63,330 bases of DNA, filler included, from Hyphochytrium catenoides (GCA_900088475.1; 10 parts of 10 records of this genome joined end to end with filler, not necessarily neighbours in it); one strand, 5' to 3'; positions 39,335 through 52,602 are shown, counted from the whole stretch's first letter. A program made the numbers and translations. The notes: a model not told the origin generated them from the letters alone.

Positions 39335-42300
39335 TCAGCTTTCCACCTTAACCGACACAGGGGAAGACTCCACGAGAACATAGGGCGCTACAGCGTCTCG
39401 CCCTGGTTCATGGACCTCTACAGGTACTAGCGCTTCTTTCTCCACCGTTATGGGGCCTGGAGCTGGACGTCCTCCTGGGTGGCCCTCGGATGCTGCCGCT
39501 CGCGTCGGGGAGCTCCTCGACTGTCGAAAAACTCTGAGGGCTTGTAGCTGGGTTCTTAAACGTCGGAGACCTCGGGTCCACAGGACCTCGCCCTTTGCTT
39601 GACCTCCAGAAGGATAGGATCTGATGGCTTTCATCCACTTTGGCAACAAGCGTTTGCCGGCCAAGCGGAAGAGGAAGCCAGCGGGTATGCTATACATGCC
39701 AAAGAGCACATAGCGGCCGATGTCAGACGGTACTAGAAGGAAGAACATCATTGAACCCCCACCTGCTGAAGCCTATCGCGACACAAGCTAAGTATTGTTC
39801 TGCAGACAATGCGACACAGTTAAAAGCCCTTCCTCCAAAGGTGACGACGATAATCTGCGTGATTTGCTGGAAAATCCAAACGTAGACAAAAGGATAGTTC
39901 TCTCGCAGTCCAGCAAAGATATTAAGCTCATCGTGAACCTTCCGAGAGTTCAGCTCGTTCCAGAGAGTGAACTGCACGAACGTATTATAGACTAGAGTGT
40001 AATGGACACTGCCTTCCTCCTCTCTCAGCACATCATCGCTAAGGATTATGTCACCGCGCTCAACGCCAAACAACTCATGACCTACAAAGATAAGGACAAA
40101 GAGGACTGCGGCACGAGATAAGATAATGTTGTCTATGGGTCTCAATCACCCTCTTACCGCATAGCTGTAAAGCCCCTTGGCCCAAGATGTGCTTGAACAT
40201 CTTCCGCGAAATGAGTGGCTTGGTTCGCGGGTACGGCCTTCGGCGCAGAAGCTCTTCTTGGGGCTTTTCAGTTGCAAAAGCCCATGAAGCCACAGGATCG
40301 GTCACCAGGTTGATCCACAGAAGCTGAATCGGCGTGAGCACTGAGAACTGGACTACACAGGCAGAGACTACCGCCACGACAACTGCAACAAGGTTCACTG
40401 TGAGTTGGAACTGGACAAATTTCGCGACGCTGTCGTAGGTGTTACGACCCCACGCAATTGCACTGACTATAGATGCGAAGTCATCGTCCATTAAGACGAT
40501 GTCGGACGCATCTCTTGCCACTGATGTACCACATTTCCCCATAGCAAAGCCGACGTCGGCTGCAGATAGAGCTGGTCTGTGTGAAGCAGATTTGGGAAGA
40601 AGACTCAGCCGACAGGCAGAGGAGGAAATCGAAGGCATTAACTTACGCATCATTAGTCCCATCTCCTGTCACAGCCACCACCTGGGGACCTTGAGAGGCC
40701 AGGGTGGAGCCCTTGATGCCAGTCACTAAGTGGAACTTATCTTGAGGCGTAGACCTAGCCAACACTCGTAGATTGGGCCATATCGTGTCGAAAGCGTCTC
40801 TATCAAGGCTCCCATCGCTGAGATGGTCACGAGAACGGAGGCCATTTGACAGCGTTAGTCCACGTCTAGACCACGATGACAGCCACCGCGCAGCTCTTAA
40901 ACTTTACCTGCGTAACACTTTCGATCGGAAAGTCGCTCCCTCCATTGCTACGGCCTCAACAGCGTCGCAGGAGGCGTCAATGATGCCACACTTCTTGGCT
41001 ATCGCAACCGCGGTCTCAAGCTTATCGCCTGTGACCATGCGCACAGTTATCCCAGCCTCTTTGCACTTAGTTATGGCTGGAGGAACCTCAGGCCGCACTG
41101 GATCTTCAATGCCAACTATTGCCAACAGCGTCAGCTTAGACTCCACATCCGTCACGCTGGCCGTGTCATTAGGGACTTCGATGTTCTTATATGCCAAAGC
41201 TAGTGTCCTCAGCCCCTCGCGCGCCAATGAGAGGATGACGTCTGTCGGACGAGGATCCACTTAGTCTCTACCATATAAACCCAAGCACGCCATATGGGGC
41301 CTTCAACTAGGACATGCTGACTGAAACAAGGGAAGATCGCCTCCAAATAACTGCAAGCATGCGGGACGTGGCGGACATACCATTTGTGAGCCGCTCTTTG
41401 TCTGTCTCGAGTAGCGCTTCCACGCGTCCATCAGGATGGTAGATAGAAGAACACAGCTTCAAAACAACCTCCGCAGCTCCCTAGGATATCAAAGAAGAAG
41501 CGTCCCTCTCTTGAGATCATACCCATTGAGCCTGTCATATGTAATATGTATGAGGTTTGGTCGCTACCTTGGTGAAGGCAAGAGACTTCCCTTGCTCATC
41601 GACCAACACGGACATCGTCTTTCGTTTGGAGTCAAAGGTAAACATACGCTTAACGGGTGCACCTGGGAACAAAAGGCGTAGGTCAGCGAACACTAAACAG
41701 TAGTAAGGACCTTCCGTCGGATGGATGCCCTTACCATCGCGAAGGGATCGATAGTTAGCTCCACTATCACTCAGTAGACGCAAGAGAGCGCATTCAGTCC
41801 GACTTCCGCTTAGCTGAACCGCTCCGTTCACAATTGTTAGGTCGGCTGTGGAGTTCACAGCTATAGACTTGAAAAGAGTGTCTCGAAAGGCATCACCGAC
41901 GCTCTGGCAACAGGCATGGCATGGTCAGCGCATTGCCGGTATATCTGCTATAGGGCATCGTCGGCGTGATAAGCTATCTTCTGACAATCCTACCTTGACA
42001 TTCTCTGGAGGAATCAAAGATCCAGCCCAAACCCTAGTGACTGTCATTGAGTTCGTGGTCAGCGTTCCTGTCTTGTCGGAACAGATCGTGGTTGCGCTCC
42101 CCATTGTCTCGCAGGCAGTGAGATGGCGCACAAGGTTACGGTCCTGCAACATCTTCTTGACGGAAACAGACAGAGAGATCGTGACAGCTAACGGGAGGCC
42201 CTCCGGAATCGCGGCTATGACAATCGTAAGGGACGTTATGAAGACGTCCATAAGCTCCTCAACAGCGCAACGTGCGTCGCAGCTTGCCACCTGTGGAGCT

Positions 42301-43908
42301 GGTGCATTAGTCATTGCGACTTCTAACGCTGACCCACAGAGCTCGTCGACCTTACCCTATAGTTGTCCCATACATAGTTCTCAAGGCAAAACCTAATCGT
42401 CATTATAATTAGCGTAAGAGCTCCCGCCAGGATGCCAGCCTTCCCAACCCAGATAGTTAGCTGGTTGAGCTTGGACTGCAGAGGTGATAGCTCCTCCTCC
42501 TGCATCATAAGTGGTAAACTCACTGTCAAACAAAGAAAGGTGAAACGTGAGAGCAACACGGTATGTACCTCCTCTTCTTCCTCTTGAGACATTCCTGGCT
42601 TGACTAGCTTCGAAGCAGAAGCTGGGTCGTCGACAGGGTTTTGTGGGACAGGAATTTGCTTGTTTATGAGCTGACGGATAATGCCTGCTTGGGACCGGGG
42701 CCCAACGGCTAGAACCAGTACATGTCCAAAGCCAGACATAACCTGTTGCACGGGACACAGCATCAGATCCACGTCCCTGCAGTACCAAAAGCAAACGTGT
42801 CTACCTTTGTGCCAGAGAGACAGATCGGGTTCTTGACAAAATCCTTCTCCACAAGATCTGCCTCTCCAGTCATCGCGCTCTCATCAATTTGTATGTTGTT
42901 GCCTTGAAGCATGAAGACATCGGCAGGCAGAATATCCCCCGTCTGCAGCGAGAGGTGTCCAGTGCGAGCTGTTCTTAGCTCAAAAACTTTTGGAGGAGCA
43001 GTGAGGAGACGGAGTACGGTTACCTCTATGATAAGAATGTCCCCAACCAATAGCTTCAGCTTTGATATCTCTACTGTGGAGCCATCTCTAACGACCTTCA
43101 CTGGCTCGTCATTGCTCACAGCATACAGACTCTCGAACTGTATGGATAGGGAAAAAGAAGGACCGTCAGCCTTTGATGCAGGAAAGAAGCCCGGGAAGAG
43201 CTGACAAATGGGCCCACCTGCTTCTCTTTCCTATAGTCGTTGATAGCATCCGCCAAGACCACGATAAGAACAGCGACGAGTACCGCCAACCCTGCAGAGA
43301 TACTTGCTTAAAGTGCAATTTATAGAGTCGATGCTAAAGGTAAGCCCAAACCTTCGATCCATTCGATCTCTGGATGCGTGCCGAAGACGCTTCCCACTAC
43401 AATGGACGCCACACCCGCCACAGTCAGGCTCTTCAGGGTAATATCATCATAGGCATCCCACATGAGCTTCCAGAAGGGATCTCGCTTGCGTTCGGGAATG
43501 CGGTTGACGCCGAAGACGGTCTCCCGACTAAAGGCAAGAAGGGTACAACAGGTTAGCTACATACAGCTCCATTGTGCATCTCGAGGACGCGTCTCTCACC
43601 TATGGAGGTCCTCAGCATTGTCCGCGGCTAATCCGTCGTGCCCATCCACATTTAGGGCCCTCAATAAACCCTCAACCCCTCCAAACTCTGCCTTGATAAC
43701 GTCATGGACTGGTGTCGGAGTAAGAAGGTGTGATATGCAATGTTAGTCCGTACAATCATGGTGGTTTAGTTCCAGCTAGTGGCCAAGAGACGTCTGTTCC
43801 TGCTGCCTTGTACTCACCATCCTCAGAACCAGCTTGGACCAGATGTTGGAGCCGTTCCGGACCTACATTAAACCTTTTTGGCGGTGCGGATAACGACATG
43901 CTTGCCAT
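39335..43908 (-). CDS. P-type IIB (PMCA-type) Ca2+-transporting ATPase, many short introns
   Basis: Motifs [34 protein letters not shown] (phospho-Asp), [60 protein letters not shown] and WNELNSRK. The start is tentative. Confidence 0.93.
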
Positions 43909-46494
43909 GGCCAGCTCTTTGCTAAGGCCGACGCAGGCAAAGTTCAAGAAAAGACGGTGGGGGGGCTCCGAATTGGCATTAGCGGAGGAGCTCTACTACC
44001 CTCAGCTGCCGAGCTCAACAAGAAAGGTGGGCGCAGAGTAGTAGGATGAGGCAGCAAAAGTGACAGTGGCTCGAGTCACCAAAGCAAGCGGGCTTATGGC
44101 GCGATGCTCTGCCAGATTGTTCGGGCATCAAGCGCTACCTGTTGCTCATTAGCCGCGAGAGCAATGCTCTCTCTCAATCGCGCTGGCAGATGCTAGCGCT
44201 CGTACGATGGGCGCACCTAGACCCTTAGTCTCTTTAGCCTGTCTCCCACGCGCTCTTAGTCAGAGGCCGCCAGCCAGCCCAGACGCCTGGGCTTGGTTGC
44301 CATCACCATCCTGTGCGGGCAGAGAGAGAGGCTGGGACGAGCTCCCCGTGGACCTTTTCCGTCTCAGCTACCAGTATCAATCAGAATAAGCCATCGATAA
44401 CTTTAGACTCAGAGATGAGTGCGGCCGGTCCGAATAGACAGGTTCAATTGGGCTTGTAACGGACGTCCCCATAAATTCGATTGTTTTCTTCTTAGGCCGC
44501 CGTGCCGAGCGCGGGCAGATGTGGTCAGCGCGATGGCAGAAGTATCCAGCAGATCAGAGCCATCAATCAGTTGGTCAGGCAGAGCTGATGACTGCTTCTT
44601 CTTTCCTTTGTAACGTTCGAAAGCTTCACTCACGCCACGCCTAGTACTGAAGGTTGAGCTCTTTTTCTGCTACTGATATCTTTGCATGAGGGTGGGAGGA
44701 AGGGCGAGAAGCGATCGCCGGTCATCAGATGACGATGATTTCAATCATTAATATCAAGCAGAAGATCTGCCAGCAGATTTCTCTACTAGCTTGCTTCATC
44801 TCGTCGACACTTAGATTGTGTTGTTGAGTATCAATATGATGAGAATCTCGGGCAGAATGAGTGGAGAACCAATGATGACGATCAGCAGCAGGTCGGCAAC
44901 TTGATAGCTGTTGGGAGCGGCGCGGGTTCCGGAGGGAGGGCGGAAAGCTTGAGTGATTAACTTTAAGCTTGAGAAAGGGCCTTAGGGTGGGAGGAAAGAG
45001 TAGGATGGTATGAAGTGAAGATTATTATGTCCGATCCCCCATCACCAGTTAGTGCATTGTCTTAGTTAAGGCAACAAGTACTGGCCTGTGAGTCTTCTCA
45101 GAACTGAAGTTCGTCGTGGTGTCAGCATTTGCGCTGTTTCTTTCCGTTAGAAAGAGTTGCTCTGGGGTGGTGACTGTTGCTCTAGGCAAGAGATGGCCTA
45201 GCAACCATCAGGATAATACGGAGCATTCATTGTAATAATGATTTAGGTCTCTGGCAGAGGATGTTCTCCTAATAAATTAACACAGCCACCGGCTGCCGTT
45301 AGGTACATTACATCTTCTGAACCACAATAGGAGCACGACAGTACCATCATTCATCGTCATTGAAGGGCAGGTGCATGCAGCACGGAAAAGAAGCCCGTGT
45401 ATCATCGCTGAAACCCGTCGTGCTGTTGCGGATGCTGCAACAGAAGCCAGTTCCTGAATGTGGGCTAGGCTACTGGCACTTCTCCGTTCGCTTATTAGTC
45501 TTCCATGGCCCAATTTTCCGATGAACTGATTTAGGTGTCTTGGTGGTTGGTGATGGTTTATCTTCGCGGTGACCGGCGCACTCACAAGCAAGTAGAGGAA
45601 CACTTATGTCCAGTGCACTTCTCCAAGATTCATTAAAATAATAACGATGTACGGAAACAACCACTCCTCCTCATAATACGTGAACTGAAGACGTTTACTT
45701 CTGCTGCTCGGTGCTGCTCCCTTCAATCGGAGTGGGAGTGATGATATTATCTTGCTGCTTGTTGATCTCTTAGTAGTCTTGAGGAACTGAAGTAAGAACT
45801 GACGATCAGCAGTCCATGCCTCCTGCCGCGGGACGAAGATCAACCACCACTAGGGAGGAGGAGACCACCCTGATAAACCCAAGAAGAAGAAAGTGCTCTG
45901 TAGGTACGATGTAGCTTGTACACAGGTCTGGACTCCAGGGGTACATCTGGAAGACGTAGGTATGGGTTTGAAGTGAGAAGCTTTTCCCGCGCAAAACGGT
46001 CTTGCTCCGTCTGTCCCACAGAAGCTTCGGCGCTTTGGCTCTTTGCCCTCCCTCTCCTCTCTCACGGTCTCTCTCCTGGCTCTGGCTCTCCCTGTCTCTC
46101 CGTGTCTCTCCCTTTCTCTCTCCTAACCCCCGTTCCCGCTAAAGTCTGGCGCTGATTGGTGCGGCGGATAGCTGGTTGTTTCTCAAGTCCAGACTATAGA
46201 AAGGCTTGGAAAGAAGAGAAGGTTGCACAGCTCTGGATGCGAAGTCCTGCTGCTCTCCCGCTACCTCGTCTCTTCCTTTCCGGGTTGATGCCTTAGTGAC
46301 GGTTCTTGCCTATTCCCTTCCCTGAAGTTTCGAACCGCCAGAGCAGCAAACGCTATCATTGCTGTCCAGAGCCCTGTCTAACCGGTGGTCCTGTCCCGAC
46401 CCTCAAGAAAAGAAGCCTCTCCTTTCTTCAGCTCACAGAGAGGCCTAACTCCTTCACTTTCCCTTGTTTCCTCTCTCACTTGTTTGAAGGGTAC

Positions 46495-49400
46495 ATGCCC
46501 CCTACCTTGAGGCCCCGTAGGAGCAGAGAGCCCCTCTCTCCTTTGGGCGCTAAGGCCTCGTCCATATCCTCATCCGGACGGAAGAGAAAGCATGTAGAGA
46601 CGGCGAACCAAGCTTTAGCTCCAAACCACAGGGATCCGGAGAACAGAGGGAAAGACACAGCAACTCCTAGGTGCATTGAGAGTCTGTGTCCGATACTGAA
46701 GGACAGAGAAGAGGTACAGCAAGGGAGACAGCAGAATGCAGAGCAAAAAGAAGCCCGAGGCAAGGTGAAAGCAGAAGCCGTTGACATCGAAGACTTGGCT
46801 TCTGCCTTCAGCTATCTCCAGCACACCCAGGAGTACCATGAGATATCTTCGATAGAGGTAGAGGAGGTGCGGAGGTCGCTTCTCTCTTGGTATGAAGAGA
46901 ATCGTCGTCTTCTGCCTTGGCGAGGCGACCATCCTCCGTACCTCAGCGCTAAGGAGCTCAGGGAGAGACACATGATCAACAAAGAAGAGCGAAAGAGGAA
47001 GGAAGGCGCACAAGGGCACAAGCTGCTGACGGCGTATTTCTCCTCTTCTGCTAAGAATGAAAAGACAGATAAGGAAGTCCTGTCTACCTCATCTCCCAGT
47101 AGCATCGAAGAGAGGAGCTTTGACATTTCTAGAGATAGGAGAGAGGTATCTGCATATGCGACCTGGGTGTCTGAAATTATGCTCCAGCAGACGCGAGTGG
47201 AGACAGTCATTGGCTATTATGAGCGCTGGATGGACAGGTTTCCGACAGTGCAGGCGCTAGCGGAAGCGAGCGAAGAGGTATGACAGCATTAGCGAGCTCA
47301 CAGGCTCCGAACTTGACTAGACGGAATATTATCTGCCATTATCTGCCTTCCATGTCAGCCTCTAGCCTACGCCTTACATGATGTTATAATCTGACTTCCC
47401 ACCATTTACCTCCCTTCAATGTGCTTCTTCTTGCCAACCCTGCAGCTTAAGGACTCTGCGTACTCGTCCTCCACCCTGCCCTGCCCTGTCATCTCTCCAG
47501 AGTTTTCTCTCTTACGTTGAACTCTGACCGTCCACGCCTTGGCAGGACGTCAACTCTCTTTGGGCGGGGCTGGGCTACTATCGACGAGCGCGTATGTTGC
47601 ACCAGGGCGCCAAATACGTGCTGGAGAAGCTGAACGGCGAGCTGCCGAGGAGTTCCCATGAATTGCAAGCCATTCCTGGAATTGGGCCGTACACTGCAGG
47701 TGGGAACAGATTTGCTTCTCTCACGTTCTCTATCACATTCGTGAAGCTGTTTTGTATGATGGCACCTCTTGCAGTTTTGTTTAACCCGCCTTCTCTCTTT
47801 CGCTCTCTGTCATTTTTGCGGCCTTGCTCTCTATCGCTCTCCTGTAAGGTCCTCCCTAACCCTTGGTTCCTCATAGGGGCCATTGCTTCCATAGCGTTTG
47901 GACAACCGACGGCGCTCGTTGACGGCAATGTCATTAGAGTCCTCTCTCGTCTCAGAGCTCTAGGATCCGACGCGAAGAATAATAAGCTTATCAAGCACTG
48001 CTGGTAACTAAGCCTTGTCTTGCACACTCCGGTCGCATCTCTGTGTTGCTGCACCTTGCTCTTCTGTCTTTTCGCGGTATTCACATTCACCTGGAAGGCT
48101 TATGGATCTTGATTTGTGGCTAAAGGCTTCTTGGATGCTGACCTGTACACATCCTCAAACCTCTGATCATTCTTCTTTGACACCACTGGTGCAAACCCGC
48201 ATGGTGCCCGTTACCATCTTCTCTTGGCTGTCAAAACAAAAGGACACTCGCGGACCAGCTTGTAGATCCTGAGAAGCCTGGAAGTTTCAATCAGGGGCTC
48301 ATGGAGCTCGGCGCTACCGTGTGTACAGCCAAGGTGAGCTCTTGGGCCCTCATCATCCTTCCCTGCTCTTTTAATGTGTCTCCTTTGTGCCTGCACCCTA
48401 GCTGACGGTTTCCTCTTTAGTGCTGCGTAGCTTGCTCATTCTATCATAGGGAGACTTTCGGTCCAAATTTTATCGCGGCTGACTTTCCCGTTTGAATGCT
48501 CTACTCTGCTAGACTCCTCAGTGTGGCCGCTGCCCTCTTCTTGCACACTGTCACGCCTACAAGGAAGTACAGAGCTACAAGCGCTTTCCTCACGGCTCCT
48601 TGACTATCCGCAATAGGGAGGATCCGTCTTGCGAGGTCTGTACTAAGAGGGAAGCTGCAGGCGACGAAAAAGAGGATGGCTCCGCTAACATCACGAAAGA
48701 GGTAAGGAAGCGACCAAAGCAAAGTCTCACCCTCAATAGCAAAGTGCTCGGATTTAAGGCTGCACATCGTCCTTTCTTTTCCTCTTGCAATTGTCACTGT
48801 CTCTTGACCCATCGTCGCCTCTTTACGCTAAAGCTGCCTTTGATCTTCGCCTGTTGATTTCTGTCTGAAGTACCTGAGTATGATTCCGTCAAGCTCTTGG
48901 TGCCAGAGCGTTCTTACGTTCAGAACTTCGGCATTTGCCTCAGCGAAGTCTAATTTTGCCACGCTAGGTAACCAAATATCCTCTCCCGACCCTTAAGAAG
49001 GAGGTTCCGGAAGAGACATTGAATGTCTGTCTCCTCCGTGTGGGTGGCCACAGTGAGAACGGAAGCCGAAAGGCCGCGGAGGACAACTTTCTAATGGTCC
49101 GAAGGCCAGCAAAGGGTCTATTAGCGGGTCAATGGGAATTTCCAAGTATTAAGGTTAGTCGTTCGAACAGCTGTAGCGGGCAAAGTGCGAAAGAAGCTGT
49201 GCAAGTGATACAGAATGCGTGGGTCAAAGACAGGGGGACATCAATCCTGACTTGAATTTAGTTGCTTGCTGGTCTACTAAGAGTTCTCTCAGCTGTCCAC
49301 AGGGAAAGGGGCTCCGCCACTGGAGAAGGAGACTGTGAAGGCCCTCAGTCTTCAACTCAGCGGCATTCTAAAGCGACCGCCAACGCTCTCGAAGACTATG

Positions 49401-49613
49401 ACGTCTTTGGGCCTTCTGGTCCATGTCTTCTCTCATGTTAAGCATAACATGTGGCTGCACCTCCTCTCGCTGGATACTGAGAGAGAGGTACTGACCACTG
49501 GAGCAAAAGAAGTTAGGTGGATGACCAGACAAGAGATGAAAAAGGTGGGCATCACTGCTAGCGTGAAGAAGGCCCTGCATATTCTAGATAAGCACCTGGC
49601 ACGAAATGAGTAA
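46495..49613 (+). CDS. MUTYH: A/G-specific adenine DNA glycosylase (MutY homolog), 7 exons
   Basis: Motifs [28 protein letters not shown], Hh[29 protein letters not shown] and [13 protein letters not shown]. The 4Fe-4S motif is [17 protein letters not shown] and the linker carries CEVC. The C-terminal domain has [10 protein letters not shown] and HVFSH. Confidence 0.94.
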
Positions 49614-50059
49614 TATGGAAAAAAAGCTGTTGCTTGGACTTCGAAACTTCGAAAGACCAGACGATCGTCAAACGAGACGTGAAGGAGCGGTTCAGTTCTT
49701 GGCAAGCGGAGTTCAATCAAGACTTGGCTAAGGATCGTCGTGGACGGCGTTGCTTCGATAAAGTTCTCCAGTCTTTCTGTCTCCTTTCTGCCCGCAGGTA
49801 CTCCGAAGTGGAATTCTCCTCTGGCTCCGTGATTCCCGTTGCGCTGCCCTTGGTCCTCGAAGTCAAGATTAGACGATGCCAAGGATTGGTGCACCCCTCA
49901 CCAATTGCGGTTTTTTCCTTCTTCACTTCTTCCATCTCTAATCCACATCATTCCGACCATCTTTCCTGATTCACTCGTCCGTCACTCTCTCTTTTTCTCT
50001 CTCTCCCCCCTTCCCTCTCTCTCTCTCCCCTTCCCTCTCTCTCTCTCTCCCCTTCCCTC

Positions 50060-50159
50060 NNNNNNNNNNNNNNNNNNNNNNNNNNNNNNNNNNNNNNNNN
50101 NNNTTAATTAATTAANNNNNNNNNNNNNNNNNNNNNNNNNNNNNNNNNNNNNNNNNNNN
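50060..50159. other. Artificial contig spacer
   Basis: N44-TTAATTAATTAA-N44. Confidence 0.97.
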
Positions 50160-50406
50160 ACTAGCCCCAGTTACTACTTCTTGACGTCATATGATGACTT
50201 ACCTGATGATAAAAACCTAATTATCATAACTCTGAAACACTTTGTTTTGTGCCTTCTTCCTCTTGTCAGATAGAGCCTGGAATTGTGAGCCTTTTAGAGC
50301 TCTTGTCAGCTTCTGCTCTCAACACCATAAGCCCTTCATACTCACTCTGAGCATATCAGTAGACCACGTAACCTAAATAAGAGTCTCTTCAAAATCCAAT
50401 ACATTA
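50160..50406. mobile_element. 3' part of a ~400-bp repeat element with ~80-bp terminal inverted repeats (copy 1)
   Basis: 50160-50225 is a diverged direct repeat of 52537-52602, and 50325-50406 is an inverted repeat of 52390-52470. Confidence 0.65.
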
Positions 50407-50703
50407 TTGCGAGCCCGAAGGGCGAGCCTCAATTTCAACCCACAGGGGCTTCAGCACAAATGGACTTTTTCGGGTTGTTGTCTGTGTGTCTGTCTGTCTG
50501 TCTGTCTGTGAGCAAAATTTCACTATTTGGTTATTCACTAATCACTGTTTGGGCTTTCTCCTTTGGTTAGGGTCTGGATGTAATTTGGGTACATATAAAG
50601 GGGTTACAGTATAAGCGAAAGGGGTTTATGAAACTAACTCGAATTTGTAACGCGAGACGTATCACTATAAACCGAGGCACATCGCGTGCGTCCACGCAAT
50701 TTT
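50404..50703 (+). mobile_element. Possible Helentron-associated (HINE/DINE-like) non-autonomous element
   Basis: Begins TTATTGCGA followed by the hairpin GCCC-GAA-GGGC, carries a (TGTC)n tract at about 50478-50509, and ends with the hairpin GCAC-ATCGC-GTGC then CGCAATTTT, which is complementary to the start. Confidence 0.4.
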
Positions 50704-50959
50704 GTGTTGTATCCTCATTCTACCTGAGACGCATCACCTCCTATCCTGTATATTTAGCTTTAGGAGCTGATTGGAGAGGTGACACGTCACGCGACTCCTG
50801 CAGCAGTCGAGAGTTGAGAAAGTTTCACCCTCCTTCACTCACTCAGTCACTCTCGATGCATGCTCCTCGCTTCAGGACTTCCGCACAACTTGTGGGCGGA
50901 AGCACTGAAGACGGCAGTCCACATCAACAACAAGACCCCTATATCTGCTTGAGGTTGAC

Positions 50960-52388
50960 TGACACCGCATGAAAGTGGTTTGGTAGACCGCCAGATATTG
51001 GATATCTTCGCGTTTTCGGCTGTGTCTCGTTTGGTCTTGTCCCAAAGCGGGACCGCCGTAAGCTGGATCGGAAGGCGAAGAAATACGCTCTCGTGGGTTA
51101 TGGTTCTCCCTCAAAAGCATATCGGCTCTACGATTTTGGGACTCAGACTGTCATCGAGCGTCGAGATGTTGTCTTTGATGAAGCAACCGCAGCGAGTGGG
51201 ACGGATCACGCTGGGTCTACTGAGAGCGACTCAGTGCTGTATGATATTTTTGAAGAGCTTGGGGAGAACTCTGACAACCCCGACCCAAATGATATCCCGG
51301 GGAATACCGTGGGGAATCAGTCCCAGGAAGCAGAACCCAAAATTCATCCTTCCGTAGGAACGCACCAAGCAAGTGATCAGGTCCAAGCCTCCAAACCGCA
51401 GTGATTATTCAAACAGTGAAGAGTCCTCTGAAGACTCGGATGACCAATCCTCGGAACCATCGGAGGAGGCATCAGACCCTGCAACCGCAGTAGACGCAGA
51501 TACAAGCTTGGAAGTCGACGAGTATGAGGACTGTGGTGAAACACTTGATCTCAGCTCTGTACCCCACTCATCCTTGGCACAGAGGTACTCCCAGCAGGAC
51601 TCGCTCTGAATGCGAGCGGGAAGTCTCAATCTGTTGGATGTTCAGGAACCAGCGACCTTAGAGGACGCGTTGGCCTCTCCTCAGGCAGTGGAGTGGCAAG
51701 AGGCAATCTCCAGCAAGCTAAATTCCATGGAGCAGCACGGGGTATGGGAACTGGTTCCCCGCCTTCCTGGAGCTAACATCGTAGGATGCCCCTGGGCCTT
51801 TAAGGTCAAGACCCACGCTGATGGGACCGTAGAAAGGTACAAGGCAAGATTAGTGGCACAAGGTTTCTGGCAGAAGGAGGGAATCGATTATCAAGAAGTG
51901 TTTGCTCCGACCGTCGGACATGAGTCCATTCGGTGCATCTTGTCATTGACGGCATCTTTCGACATGGAGATTCATCATATGGAGAACAAGACTGCTTTTT
52001 TGCACGGGGAGCTGGAAGAACGGTGTATATGAAGCAGCCTCCGGGATTTTCGCCCGTGCTGGTTCTCAAGATCATGTCTGCAAGCTAAAGAGGAGCATCT
52101 ACGGCCTGAAGCAGAGCCCACGACAGTGGAACAAGGTGATTGACGGGTATCTGAAGAAGCATGGATTCCATCCCAGCAATGTGAGCCTTGCGTGTACATC
52201 CAAAACCGCACTCAGACAGACTCCAAGCTGCCCGAGATCATCACTCTATCTGTAGACGGGTTGCTTTTGATCGGAGAGTCAATGGATCTAGTGAAAGGCA
52301 TGAAGAAGATGCTCTCGGATAGGTTCTTGGAGAGTTCACCTATTTCCTCGGGATTAAGGTACGTCGGGACAGGACAGCACGGACCTGT
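50960..52388 (+). mobile_element. Decayed Ty1/copia pol fragment (post-integrase SH3-like region and reverse transcriptase)
   Basis: Motifs LRVFGC...RRKLDRKAKK..LVGY...KAYRLYD...RDVVFDE, EPATLEDAL, VWELVP, RYKARLVAQGF.QKEGIDYQEVFAP, KTAFLHGELEE, YMKQPPGF and SIYGLKQSPRQWN. It has frameshifts and stops, and the catalytic YVDD reads SVDG. Confidence 0.93.
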
Positions 52389-52389
52389 T

Positions 52390-52602
52390 ATGATGTATGG
52401 GATTGAAGACACTCTTATTTAGGTTATGTGGTCTATTGATATGCTCAGGGTGAGTATGAAGGGCTTATGGGACCCTATTTCCTAGTTATCAAGTTGTCTA
52501 GTTGTTGCAGCAGAGTAACTGTGTCTCGTATAAACTACTAGACCCAGCTACTACTTGTTGGCGTCACATGATGACTTACCTAATGATAATAACCTACTTA
52601 TC
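52390..52602. mobile_element. 5' part of the same ~400-bp TIR element (copy 2), interrupting the copia RT
   Basis: Starts TGATGTATGGGATTGAAGAC after TA, exactly where RT homology stops. Confidence 0.65.
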
